The notes under the pieces were generated by a model. The model was given only the letters and a program-made list of their open reading frames with translations, was not told the origin of the DNA and searched no databases. The position numbers and the translations under genes are program-made. 64,000 nt of DNA from Balanoglossus misakiensis (lineage: Eukaryota; Animalia; Hemichordata): assembly GCA_040954595.2 (NCBI GenBank), contig CM082585.2, positions 6,101,808-6,165,807 of the forward strand. The letters are read 5' to 3'. Positions 50,855 through 64,000 of the stretch are shown piece after piece (positions within the stretch are counted from its first letter, which is position 1; each line of letters starts with the position of its first letter).

Positions 50855-52580
50855 TGTGAAAAAGCGCTGCGGCAGGACCTGCCGGTACAACTTGTCTTGC
50901 TAAAGAGAGTGTCTACACTTTTTTCATAACCTCAACTACGATTGTGGAGATGATCGTCTTGTTAGGGTGCAACCAGAGTCGATCAGCTTTCCACCATTTT
51001 GCAGTGACCAAGGAGCTGTAAGAAACCGCTTCACAGGAAATCTTCAAGACACTCGCGGAGTGCTCTCAAAAACTTCGACCCTCGCATTAAAACTTTTCAA
51101 GAACAATGCGAAAACGACTGATCGGACTTCGCGAGCCGAATAAACTCCACCAAACTATTTCTATCGGTGATAATAACCAACGGATAGTGCGCAAAAGTGT
51201 TTTTGAAACCGGGAATAGGAATGAGATCCAGGAAAAGTGCGCACTACTTTGTTTTGCGCAGTTAGCGACCGGCGGAATTCCTGTGAACTTCGGTCACCAG
51301 CTGTATCGGTATTTGTACTATCATCAATGAGCCCGCAAACTTATACGTAAACTCAATCAGGAAATCGGAGAATTGCCCTGTTAAGACAGTGGGGAGAAGT
51401 AAAAAACATCAGTCGTTCGTTCCAATGCCACCTGGTAACAACTTTCTTCCTGTCTGTACTGTTTCCCCTTGTCTTGAATGCAGTTTGCGTTTTAAAATTC
51501 AATTATCAGATTGTAATAAGTAGTACATAGCAATGCCAATTTCAATAATCGAATTATTATTTCATATGTTTTGTCTCTTACTTTGCAGTAAATTTTAGCA
51601 CAAAATAATTTTCTCACGCTTTCACACTCAGGGAATCTAAACAATTCAACCGCATCACAAACGACATTTGTATGCTTGAGTAATTTGTACTTGATCAAAC
51701 TTCTTGTCATATTACAACAAGACTTTTATTCAATTCTGTTTTGTAAACTGATTGTTTATTGTGACCCTAGTTTGTTTTCACCACTTTGATGAAAGAAACA
51801 ACCCATGTATAATGAAAAAAAACGACAAATACTGTAGTTTATGTTTACACAACCATTGTAAGGGTATTTCTCAAGTTCTCGCTTCAAACAAAGTCACAGG
51901 CGGTCTGAGACAAAAGGTGTTGAAAATGAACACTTAGAAACGATGTTCTTTTGTTCTTCACGTCTGGTGTTAATTGGCCCTATCACCATGCCTACCAGCT
52001 AAAACAAACCATGTACATTTCATTTTTAACGTAACTTTTTAATGCTCATATAAAAATCAGACAATGGAGGTACTTTATAGAGAGTACGATTACTGAAAGG
52101 ACAATTGGAGTTCTGTGGTCTCCTTTGCATTATTTCTGATAATCTTTGATCCGCGTCCAATTCTCCCAACCACATGATACAAGTTTTAGCCCCGCCCCTC
52201 ATTGAACGCGATCGGAAGCCGTCCGTGATTGCTTACTCCACGGACCGATGTTACCGAATTGTGGCTCTGTAACACCTTGGCACTGAAGAAAAAAAACACC
52301 GCAGATTTCGCCGTTTTCCTAAACGACGATCGCGCGGAGTCCGACCGGGGCCGATTCGGTAGCATCGATCGCCAGGCAGGGGAAGATTTTCAGGAAGTCG
52401 ACCGGAGAACTTTGCATGCAGCCGAGGATCGAGTTGACCGCTGAAGTCAAGTAGTCGGGGTCCAGCTGAGAGAGAGGGACAGAAGACGGCTACGTCCGCT
52501 TTCCACAACCGCTGCAAGAACTTGCTGCCCGTTCACCAGGCTCGACCATACTTCAATGCCCATTCGGTAGACTAAGCAAG
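50855..52580. promoter_or_regulatory. Shared divergent promoter and 5' UTR interval between the two collagen IV genes
   Basis: Lies between divergent ATGs (50854 minus, 52581 plus), with CpG-richer ends. GC box GCCCCGCCCC at 52189-52198; CCAAT/ATTGG near 52104 and 52157; YY1-like CAAGATGGCGG at 52893-52903 just downstream. Transcription starts cannot be located from sequence alone. Confidence 0.6.
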
Positions 52581-52787
52581 ATGAAGTTCTGGTAGGTCGA
52601 ATGGCGAACCCACTCTCACGAAATGTCATATCCACGATAATACTCGCACCGAAAGTTTCAAGACACCAAGACTTGTATGCAGAACTTTCATCTCACATTG
52701 AACTGTATGTACTAAGATCTCTTGCATTACTTTGACAGGGTTGTGGTCGTCGCTTCAATCATAATACCCGCCAACTTAATTCTAGCG
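52581..52787 (+). CDS. COL4A2: Probable type IV collagen alpha-2-like gene, 5' coding exons (signal peptide); rest lies beyond the window
   Basis: Exon 52581-52591 (ATGAAGTTCTG|gtaggt) plus exon 52739-52787 (ttgacag|G...GCG|gtaagt) give MKFWVVVVASIIIPANLILA, a signal peptide. Phase-2 then phase-0 introns and a divergent position 1.7 kb from the alpha-1 ATG match the known COL4A2/COL4A6 layout. No Gly-X-Y exon seen in 52788-64000, so the identity is inferred from context. Confidence 0.65.
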
Positions 52788-53612
52788 GTAAGTACCTATT
52801 TAGTATGTCTTCTATCTCGCTCCTGAGAAAATTCGCTGGAAAGTTTTTAAGTCAGGTGTGAAAAGATGCAATGAATGATGCAAAGGAGGTTCCAAGATGG
52901 CGGTGTACATAGATGCAAGAATGTGGATAGGAAAGTTTATCCTGTGAAATGCACTGTTTTCTCGAGAAGTTGTACCGACTTTCTGTGAAAAGTCTTGCAA
53001 CTTGATGGAATAAAGATAAAGGATAAATGTAGCTTCGATAATACACCACCCTTGATTTTAATTGGGTAAAAGTTTCGGATGGCAAAGTACTATGAGAAAT
53101 CAATATTGCTGCAGTGAAACATTGGGATTGTTGAGATGACTTCCAGGTCGAACTTTTAAGTTTAATTTGTCCATAAGATTAAAAACTCTGTTTTATCATC
53201 ACGTTTCAATAGTGTGTTATATTTTTTATCAAATAAAGTATAGTTATATGGGGTTGATTGCCATGAGGCGTATTTTTTCACCAAGTCAATGGAACTCTGC
53301 GAGCGCTCGGAAAGTAGACTACCGTAAAACGGGTATTGTGCGTGCGACCAATTATACGGCGCGTTGCGAGCGGCTTTGAGCAAGCGCGTCGAATCCTATG
53401 ATGGGAACCACTTGAAGTGTTGTAACATTAAAGAACGTGACATTTTCTGTATGAATGACACTGCAGCTTGGTATATTTTTTTCGCCCAGTTTTGTTTTTT
53501 ATCTAAGGTTAAGTGGGAAAGTGGAATTTTTCACCCCAGAGTTCATAGAATGTTGTATTAGGCCATGAATTGGAACTCATTGAATGGTTTTCCAATTGCC
53601 TTTTTTTTCCAT

Positions 53613-53705
53613 TTAACCCTCTCACCGCCATGGTTTGGTCCAAATCCATTGTTCTCTGTGGTAAAGTTGGATCCCTACAGAAGGAAATGGGGGTGAAAAG
53701 GTAAA
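53613..53705. mobile_element. MITE family C (about 90 bp, TTAA-CCCT termini, piggyBac-like)
   Basis: TTAACCCTCTCACCGCCATGGTTTGGTCCAAATCCATTG...GGGGTGAAAAGGTAAA; one of five related copies in the window. Confidence 0.7.
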
Positions 53706-54034
53706 ATGAAATATCCCATTAATAAAAAATACAGTCAAACTAAGCTACTTGTACATGTAAGTATGACAGAGAAATTACTACTAGACACTGGCAAGAATTT
53801 GACTGTGTGCTATAATTTGTTGTGTGTCAACTTTTGTGTCTTGTTTGACTTCCTGAAGCACATTGAGATGCCCAGTACGATCAATGCAACCTATGAGGCA
53901 TTAATATGCAATAGGAAGAACAAGAAACAATACTTAATACGCAGCAAAAAAGATCCCCAAAACAACATCCAAGGTTGGGTACAGTGTCGTTCAAAAGTTA
54001 GTGTGTGTGACAGGGAGAGGCAGGGAAAGGCAAA

Positions 54035-54049
54035 CAGACAGACAGACGA

Positions 54050-54083
<34 letters not shown>

Positions 54084-54084
54084 T
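54035..54084. repeat. (CAGA)n microsatellite
   Basis: About 12 CAGA units; shorter runs also at about 15280-15300 and 15550-15580. Confidence 0.9.
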
Positions 54085-57000
54085 AAAGAAGGCAGACATT
54101 GTTACTTTTCAGCCATGACATTTTGTGACACACTGCCTTTATATCATCAGTGTCTGTTCAATATATGAGATAAAAAGAGCTTGACTGCTAGAATATTTTC
54201 TGCGGGGCTGCACTGCGAGATTGAACTGGGAAATTCAATGTAGTAAGCTGTGTCCTACAAAAAGTTTGTTTAAAGGGGGTATAGCACAATTCACGTAAAT
54301 CATTTGAAATCTCAGTTTCCATTGCTGGATGAAAACGTGATACCGTCCCACTTTTGCGAAATCCTGAATGAAAAAAAAAAATTGGGTCTGCATGTATCCA
54401 CAGCTTGAGACAGATTAGTCCTGATTGTGTGGTATGTACAGGTCAGACAGGGGCTGCATGCCTTTTCATTGGTTATCTCTTCAAGTGAATGTGCCACTCA
54501 GCGAGAAGACGATTGCCTAATTTGCCGGTAGATGTTACAACCAGAAGGGTAATTGCTCTTGGGTATTTCGTGTCAGAAGCTTGTGTCATTATCTGTTAAA
54601 TATACTAGACTGTTATACTTAGATAATAGGCGGTTATGAGGTCATCCTGTTCATAAAACCAATTTTACTCGCAAGAGGGAGAAAAGTGTATGGGTTGGTC
54701 TCCATGGTAACTCCTCAGCCCTTACATCATTTTCTTTCAATGTCTTACAGCAGTGAAAGGTATGCACAGATGACTATATATTGGATGGCCATTTTATTTC
54801 TTATTATACGGTTTTGGAAAAAACAAAGCGGGTCGTTAAAGACAAAGAACGGAAAAGCAGTAATCTTTTACCCAGCCCAGAGCTAGTTTTGATAAAGCAT
54901 AGGGTCATCTGAAAATACAGCCCTGTCTGTTTATCATGTGACCACCTAAAACAAGGTTAAGATGGAAAATGGAAACATAGGTTTATACTGGTGTGAACTT
55001 TGCATTGACCCTTTTGAAAAACTTTTGTTTAGTGGAGATAGATGTCAACTTTTGAAGAGAAAAGACACTCCCCCTCTCCCCCCCCCCCCCCAAAAAAAAA
55101 AAATGCTACAGTGGAGAAGAATACTTTTGACAAGAAATACAATTGGGAACCACATTTTCTGCACTGCTTTTGTTTGTCTGTAATGCTGTTTTCATTTCCA
55201 AACCAGAAGAACTTGTGAAAATATATTTTTTTTTTAATATGTGATGTCGACTGCAGACAGCAATATCAGTACACTGCAGATGTAAATTAAAGCTCTGTAA
55301 CATTGTAAAGTTGAAATGTGATTTGTGACTTTCCGGGTGGAACTGCCGGGACACTTCTCCGTCTGAGATCCCTGACAAGCTGCCCAGCGCTCTTCCTGTG
55401 GAATTTGACACGCATGGGACATTTAGGTCATCCCGAGCGGTGCCCCGAGACTAGCCATAAAACAAATATGATTAGGATGCGCGCGACAAGTCCCTTTGAC
55501 ACAGACTGAACGCACCAACAGTTACCGATCACGCCCACGCCCTTGCACTGTGCAGACTTCAGAAAGCGGCGAATATACATGTAGGCCAATCCAGATGGTC
55601 ACATTGCTTGATCCTCTCTAGTACGAGAATCATGTCTCATAACAAGAGAGAAAGCGTTTCTCATCTTCATCTTGTACGTTACCTTGTTTCTAAAAAAAAA
55701 TTGTGATTCTCCTTTTGTCGTGTGACACTTACAGACATTGAATGTTAAGGTCACGGTCTCTTAACCTTATTTTTGCTATTTTTGTTTTTATAAGGGCCTT
55801 GTCTGGTGACTGAAATGTACTTGACCGTGGTTTTGAAAGCGCTGCACTTACTCAACTTACATGCATAGGGTAATATGTAAATACTTCAAGGACATTTTCT
55901 GGGGTGTACCATAAATTATGTCATTGAAGTATTTGTGAGTTATTTCTCCTGATTGTAAGCTGTAGGATTTGGCATGTAGCATTGGAGGCAATATAAATAC
56001 TTTCATTCTGCATGAACAAAATAACCCAGATACTGTCAAAGATGGAGGCTTTGTCCTCTGCTGGATTGTCTCATCGGATGAAAAATCTGTTGTGTCGCGA
56101 CTGTTGATCTGCGACCTCAAGAAAAAGTAACAAGACTTTTCAAGATTTTATAAACTGTGCTCTACGTGTCAGTTTAGTAGTGTAGAATATACAAACAGAG
56201 CGTGCAGTGTCAGGGCTGAGCAAATCCATTTGCCTCAGCTCTTGGGCAAGTTGTTTTTATGACCCGACGATTTGGTCATTCTGACTAGCACGACAAAATG
56301 GCCGATTATTTGGTTTTAATACTGACATTGAACCTTTTAAGCTGCTAGTAACAACCAAACACTGAGCAATTCATGATGTCTTACACTTGCATCTAGTAGA
56401 ACAAAAAGCCACAGCTGATAGCGAAAACAAAAATTACTGAGAAAATAGCCCAAAGTTGGAGTTACTGGAACTTAACTGGTGAAAAATGCAAAGTTGGGGG
56501 TGTAGTCTGCAAGCCAACGTGTGGTTAACACACGGCGCTAGAGAATATCTCATCTTTGCTTTGCGTGATCTTTTCTTGACACTGTTGCAAAAAAAGGTGC
56601 GTCTTACTCTTGGAGACAAGTCAACCATTACGTCGTCATGCACACTGGGAGGCAAATCAATGGTTTGGCGCTCACTTGCATTGTTCCGTATAGCCTTGTG
56701 TCGTCTGTGTCAGGGTGAACTCTCCCCTCAGTCCCTGGTGCCCGGGCCTTGGCTTTTTTGTCAGAACTCTCATTAAAAGACTTAACCTTTGGTTGTTTTC
56801 TTTGCGGAGACATTGCAGGGATGACCTTACTGCCAAGTCATCTCACGCCCGTCTTCTTTCTTCGTCTTACTCCTTCAGAATAAATAGCGTCTGAGGTCAG
56901 AACGGTTTGATATATACATGTATATTGTATGTCCCTATTATGGAAAAATTACAAATATTTCTGAAGATAATTTACTTGTTTCTCTAATTGTGCAGGGGGG

Positions 57001-59357
57001 GGGGGAATCAGTTTTGATTTTTCGGAGTGTCAAATTACCACCTCCCGTGATAGCTGTCAATGTTTTTCCCCTGAGAGTTTATATGACCGACCTTCAGTAG
57101 TCAAGACCATGACAGAATCAGTCTTGATGCTGTTCTGAAAGGGTGCATGTGTGTAGCCATTACAAAAAAATATATGATTTGAGAATAGACAATGTGTCCG
57201 CATTATTGAGGAGTCCGGAATGGACAGAGAGCGTTGTATTCATAGCATAATTTTGACCTTTTGTCGTGAAAATCTGTCCTTAATAGAGAGGTGTCCGGAT
57301 CAGAGAGGTAACAATAAAGACAGGTTTCTCTGTAATAACCTGTTTACTACACTTGTCACAAGAATATTTTTTGTACAGGTACAGGAATGTTGCTGTTGGT
57401 TGTTTTTGAGTACAGTTGTATCTTGTGAGTGTCCAAATAATTAATGGACATTTTGAGTACTGTGTGGGTGTCTTCCAGTACTGCTATCAGCCTTGCTAAA
57501 AAGTCAAAGTTTATACTCGTCAAATTCCCAGTTGCAGTTCACGTCAGATCGTTGGCAGAGAACATGTGTTCCTGAACTTGCTTTGACAAAAAAAACTATT
57601 CGTTTAGATCACAGACACGTTCATTGTCTGGTTGTCGTGTTACTTGACATCAATCACAGTTCAAGCTGCTACATTGTATCTGATTTAGGATCCAGTTTTA
57701 TCCAAGCTTTGGAACAGACATCATTGGAAAGTAAATACGAATGTTATGTCTTTGGCATGTACAATAACAATCATGACTGCCAGCCAGCCATCTGAATAAC
57801 CACAGCTCTTTATCTTTGAAAAAAAATGGTGAAGGATTAGAAGCTGCAGAAATTGTCCCCACTGATGAAGTCTGGTGGGCGGGGGCTAATAGATTGGGCT
57901 CTGTCCGTCCGTCTGTCCCAAGCATCCATCTGGAGCATTTGCGAAGACTTGCCTGGACCAGTTTCATTAAAATACAGTACACATGCTCATTGGTGTACAC
58001 GACTGCCCTAATTTTGTGTTGCAATATGATCAAATATGGGTGTTGATTACTTTTTGATCATACACTCCATATTATATCTGGTTAACTCTTTGTTAGAATG
58101 TTTTAATAGCTATTTGGTGACATTCATCGACCGATCTCATTCTATCACAATTTCCTCCAATGTTGTCTAAGTTCATCATTCCACTGGGGACTATGTCATT
58201 GACAATGACTAATGAAGAAGCAATCTGCAATGTGCTCACTCACAATATTGCTTGATTATGTTGTCATGGTTTCATTATTTAGCCCACAAGTATAATTAAG
58301 ATAAGGCAGCGTAATAAAGCGAAAACTTGTATACATTTATAGACTGTTTTATTGACCAGTGAAGGTGTTTTGCAATGACCAATGGAAAAAAAAATACTCC
58401 CTGGATCTATTAGTGATAAAAGAAGTTCGGGCATTGATGCTTGCACCTTGTGAATTTACATCGCTTTATAAGACTCACGATCGATCGCCAAAGCTTAGAT
58501 GGCAACCATTGTCCCGGACTGCTCAATGTGCTACAATGAAGTGCATTAATTCTATCTTCTTAGGTAGTTTAGAAAATGGTAAGTTCATGTCTGATGAAAG
58601 GAGTCCCGTGTCAGGCAAGCTCTTTGATCTGTTGAGCTTTATGCTGGGTGGATGGTTTTGGTCTGTTAATTAAACGAGCTTCTCAATAGTCCCATAGTCC
58701 CTGTGGATGAAGTCCTGCAGAGGGGTGAAGGGGGGGGGGGGCTACACTAGGTAGACAGGGTTTCAGGTCCTGCCTTGAGTTTGAAGCCGTGTGGTTGAAT
58801 TGCAGTGGAGCTCTCCGTGTTGATTTTTGCCACAGAAAAGATCAGACACTTATTTTTATGCCGGCCGTGATTCAGGGACTGATGTCAACCGTATAATCAT
58901 GGACATGGACTAAATCGATTTCCAGTGGGGGGAGTATTTCAGTCTGGACTAAAGACCTGGTTGGATTTGAACATTATCGATGACAAGCGTCCTTGCCGAT
59001 GCGAATGACATTACTGATAAAAAACCAGGGTCCTGGAAATCTTCCCTAATAACAATGACCCAGTTCATTTGTCCAAAAGTAAATACAGTTAGCAAATCTT
59101 GATCTGTTCTGCTTATCACTGAACAAAAGAGCGATGTTGGTAGATTGGATAATGATTTGTGATAGCTCACTTGAATCTCAGAATGGAAGCTGTCTGCAGG
59201 CAACTGTCAGGAACTGTGAATGGTCTTTTCTGACATAAAGAATGGGTTAATGCTAGGCAAAGTAAAGATCAGGGGGTTTTGTCTGCAGTGAAGTGATGAC
59301 AAAGACTGTCTGAATTACCTGCATAGGAAATCAGGAGTACTTCTTAGTACAAATGTA

Positions 59358-59565
59358 TACTGTGAAAAGGGAAATTTTCGCGACAGGAAATTTTCGCGAT
59401 ATCAAAAGAGGCAACTGTTACGTGACGATAGATTTTCGCTTTCTAGTATTCCACTGCATCGTTATCTCTGAAAAACATTTTTACGTGACTCTTTATTTTT
59501 GCGTTTTGTTGCCTTGCGTAGTTCGCGAAAATATATCGTTTGCGAAAATTTCCTGTTTTACAGTA
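59358..59565. mobile_element. MITE family A copy
   Basis: Ends TACTGTGAAAAGGGAAATTTTCGCGA ... TGCGAAAATTTCCTGTTTTACAGTA; shares internal CACTGCATCGTTATCT with the 45452 copy. Confidence 0.8.
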
Positions 59566-62500
59566 TGCAGGTCACTGACATATTAGGAATATAAAGTTTA
59601 GCCGAACAAAGAGAACATCAAATTTAAAGAAACAAAAATCTAGTGTGATATTATGAGGTTGTCTCCACATTATCACTTGTAAGTGAAGCCACTGCATTGA
59701 TACGAGTGACGTACTCCATGGGGGTCATTTCACATGAACCAATGGGTGAAGAATTTTTTAGACTGAGGAATTTTTAGCGTTCAACAGTGCGGCCTATTGT
59801 AACCATGGTCATATGTGGAGGTTGCCAGGACATTGACCCTGTGTGTGTCACAGAAACAATGAACTATATACAAATTTATGTTAATTTATGTTAATTTTTA
59901 ATTACACATCAATCATGGTTACTTCTGCGTACATTACTTTGAATTACACGCAGGGATTTTAGTCATGAACTTTTCTATATGCTCTGGTGAAGTAACAACC
60001 TTTGAATCTATATAAATCACATGTAGATGAAAAAATCAGTTTGTTGCACATACTGCAGCTTGATTGGGATCTAGCTCCTGAGTTATGTAATGTAGAAATC
60101 TGCACTGTTTCCTATCAACACAGATATTGGTATTAGTGATCTTTACATAATAATTTGCCACCTGCATGCCACGTGTGTTTTGTAAACTTTGCAAGATGGC
60201 AACTGATACAAATATTGTCCAGATTTCGGAGACTTCGCCCACTCAGTAAAGTTTTGAAATGTTTGGCATAAAAAATCATGCCTGACCAGTTAACAAGATA
60301 ATTCTATAAAAATACCTGTAATCAGATTTTGTCTGTTACTGAAACCAGAAACAATACAGGTTCAATGTATTCAACATATATTATGGTTTCTTGAGTTTCA
60401 ACATTTTTTTTCAATAAGAAATACAGTAGGGCTTTTTTGCTGACCCGTAGACAGAAGATCTCCTTCTACTGTCCACAGATGACCAGTTTTTGAAAGCACG
60501 TGTCTTACGTGACCAGTAAAATATTGAATAGGGGTATTAAAGTCGGTGCCTGAGGGTAGGGGGGAAGTGGAGAATAGATGTGCATTCTATCGTTTCATTT
60601 GAGTTGTTAAACTTGTCTCTTGTGTCATTCTTTCCTTTTAGATGCACACTGCAAAGAGGATTATAGGTGCCGCGACAATACAAAGAGCGTATTTTTTTCA
60701 ATTATTTGAAACGTTATAGGTTCCACAATACAAATAGTGAAATTTTCCATTATTTGAAATGTAGATGTATGTTCCGTAGGCCTGGTGTTCGACACAACAC
60801 CCAGGACTGGTTCTAACAGAGACGATCTTTGTATTCCTAAATGTGAATCCAGACAGACTATAAAAATAGGCCTGACACCTCCTTGCGGTGATTTTTCAGC
60901 GTTAATTTTGTAGGCCATCACTTTCCTGTCGTCTGCTGCCAACTTTGTGTAGTGTAGCCCGTTGCTAACCGTGGAGATCATTGCTTAAAACCTGTGCCAT
61001 TGGCATTTGCTAACTTGTGTTTGTTACACAACTATAGACCCTATGTGTCACCTGCGGCTGGGGGTCTATACATATCGTTTCCCAGTGCCATTGTTCTTGA
61101 CCATTTGCATATATCCAGGTTGTCCAGGGTTCGCTGCAGAAAAACAATAGAGATGTATTTGTTTAAACCATCATGAAGGCAAAGTAGATTCATCTCATTT
61201 TACTAGGTTCCTAAAATACTGGCCGATCGGATGTGACAAAAACAGATATATCAGTACTGGCAAAGTATAAATTCCCTGGTAGATTACTTTTTAACAACAT
61301 TTGATATCATAGTCCTGCTGGATTATAGACAGAGCCTATGGCAGAGATAGTCCTAAAAGCATCCATGCGGATTTGCGATATGATCCAATATGGCTGCCCG
61401 TCAACCATTTATTTGTATTTTTGCATGTCCAGCATTCAATATGGCAGATTGCTTCAGAGTTGAAAGTTGGTTCATTTACAAATTACATTCTGATGAAGAG
61501 TCTCATATGTACATATTCCGAGCTACATGTACCAGTCAGCTGTTATATTCTTACATCCTTGATCCAACTGCCTACAGGTAAATGTTCTTGTGAAACTATA
61601 ACTTGTTAGTGGTTAGTATATATGTCTTTGTGCGCTTATGTACATGTATATCCAATTGACTTTTGAGTCTGCAGGGACTGTGTCATCGACGATGACTTGT
61701 TTGCCATGGCAATTGTGTCCGTGGGCGCGGATGATAGATGGCCGTGTTGCCGTGGGACTGGGAGGCAGGTTTGACGCGAGGAAGTAACTGAGACATTCCA
61801 AAAACACCGAGGAAGACCGACGGGTTCGGGCAGCAGACTGTCTCGGGTTATCGACATTGTTGTACCAACAGTATTAAATGTTAATATGGACTGGCAGGAA
61901 ATCTATTGAGGGCTGTTGTCAGGTAGCTGGGTAAGGTGGCTGCCTGAAGTACCCATATAGGTCATTTACACCAACACAGGAAACGTTAAAACCACCGTGT
62001 GTAGACACACAGACATGTAGTCTGTAGACATTCAGGGCAGGTTTTTGTGTTTGATAGATTTGTTTGGACTAACTCTAACTATGGAAGGTCTAAAGGTTGT
62101 CTTGTTGGATTGTTTTCAACAGCACAAGGAAAAAATACCAGTTTCCCCCGACATCTTAGAACTTGAGCAGCCTACCGTCAGTAACTAACACTTTGAATTT
62201 GTGTGTTGAGAATGCGGACAGTTGACCTCAATTACAACTTGTAAACCCCATCTCTTCAGAGCCACACCCCTATGCTGTAATGTCTCAAGTACTTCATGTT
62301 TCTGAATTGAATAATATTGATTCACCGTCAAATATTAATTCTTGTCGTGTTCTACATTTTCCACTTATGTGTTTTGACTCCATCTGATAGTAATTTGGAT
62401 GCTTTTGGTTTCCCATAGCAACCAACTATCACTGCCTTATAATATGATCAATAGGTATACATGCATTGGTTACCATTTCAGTTGCTGTGCATGGTCAATG

Positions 62501-62885
62501 TAATGATCCCTTGGGAACCTTTTTTAACTGTTTTGTGCTCATAATTGTCAGAATTACTGAGTTGACTTGTTATCGTATTAATTTAAATACCCTTTGGCGT
62601 ATCAGGTAGCCTGGAAGACATCCTGTCGTAACGATTGTTAGCAATTTTAGCCGAGCCGTGAAACTTTTAGCTAGCAGCTGAACCCAGCATCATGGTTGTA
62701 GCTGGTCCAGAATCTAGCCAGGTGTTTTCTAGTATAGAATTCACACTAACTTGTGTGTTCTTTTTGCAATTCTGGATTCTAGACTAGGTGTTTTCAGTAG
62801 TTCCGTAAACCTGGATTTTCCATCTACCGTACAGTAGTTCATCTGAATCTGCACTGACACTGTGCACATCACACAGATGAAAACA

Positions 62886-63121
62886 TACAGTCCGACCTGT
62901 CTACATAGCGGCCAGTCAAGGGGCTTTCCTATGACCTGTCTGTAAAGGCCACCTGTCTATAAAGGCCATTTTAAAAATGGCCTTTATAGACAGGTGGCCT
63001 TTACAGACAGGTCAATTAATGCACTCGTAGTTGTAAATTGCACAGGGACTGTAACATAGTGGCCACTATAGACAGGTTTTTTCTCTGTATAGAGGTGGCC
63101 GCTAACACAGGCTTGACTGTA
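62886..63121. mobile_element. MITE family B (TA-flanked, TACAGTC...GACTGTA) with internal palindrome
   Basis: Imperfect terminal inverted repeats TACAGTCCGACCTGTCT..AGCGGCCA / TGGCCGCTAACACAGGCTTGACTGTA; collinear with the copy at 34461-34634. Confidence 0.8.
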
Positions 63122-64000
63122 TGACTAGTGGTGTGTCCCCTTGAAATTGTCATCGTCAGACCATGGATGTAACATTATAGCCAAGGCAAGATTAAACGCG
63201 TAGATCTAACAACACTTTCTCGCGTTGACTGTGACCTTGCCCCAATCATCTGAAGATCAACCTTAATGCCGTTTCTCCATGGGTGGTGGTGTGTTTTCGT
63301 TCTGCTCGGGAAATTGAAAATGTGGTGCCCGCTAGCGGGTAACAGTGTCCTTCACATTGCCAAAATCCGAGCAGGATCAAGTCTGGACTAAACTTAATCC
63401 TGACTGAGGAATCTATTTGGTTCATGTCCACACTCCAGACTTACGGAACACAGTTCCTGAATTTGGACTGGTGTAACCAAGTGCCTTTTCTGTTTCTGTG
63501 CACACGCATACGCATATACATAAATACATAGACTAGTATGGCTGACTGGTAGACATGACATGTACAAAGATTTAATCCTCAGAACAGCTTGAAGTGATAT
63601 GGTCCAAGTTTGTATCCACGTTTTAAATTACCCACATGACCATGACTTCCAAGAGCATGTCAGTTTACGTGGTGGTCAGGTTCTCAGCCGAGTGTTGAGT
63701 CTGTCGATCTTTTCTTGGCCCTGCCAGAAAACATTAATTTTTATCAGAGCTAAGAAACTGCAGACCAGATTCCACGCTGACTAGCTATCTAGTTCGATAC
63801 ACTGATAGGTACTCAGACATTGATAGTCAGACATTGATAGTCGTCGAAAGTACATTCGACTTCCAAGCTTGTTTCCCAGTTTGAGTGAAAACACTTCGTC
63901 GTCCCTTTCAAGATTTACGAAGTAATTCTGTCTCCGAGCGTAAACCTTGAACTTTCCCAGTCGCATTTGATTTAAAAGTACATCTCTTGTTTATCTGATG

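Noticed and set aside
52788-64000. Search for the next alpha-2 exon or a nested gene
   Set aside because: No Cys-rich 7S exon, Gly-X-Y exon or other convincing coding exon seen; treated as intron.

Overview
Eukaryotic (animal) genomic DNA, AT-rich and repeat-laden. The vertebrate-like collagen IV exon structure suggests an invertebrate deuterostome (inference only). The window holds: (1) two tandem, plus-strand, two-coding-exon genes for secreted, collagen-less C1q-domain proteins (6389-16152 and 20201-21878); (2) a complete type IV collagen alpha-1-like gene on the minus strand (39 coding exons reconstructed by hand, 24767-50854, 1674 aa); (3) the first two coding exons of a probable head-to-head alpha-2-like collagen IV partner on the plus strand (52581-52787), whose next intron appears to run out of the window; (4) several MITE families and tandem repeats. 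The most interesting unexplained signals are post-transcriptional. Both collagen IV leaders carry a matching 4-codon uORF ending TAG-AC followed by AGCAAGA. A splice-dependent stem-loop encloses the alpha-2 start codon. The alpha-1 3' UTR has twin miR-29 8-mer sites. Other points: a GC-AG intron, a positionally conserved dibasic site in the C1q proteins, extreme GC3 islands and a perfect 83-bp palindrome inside a MITE. Most short ORFs in the supplied track are spurious.
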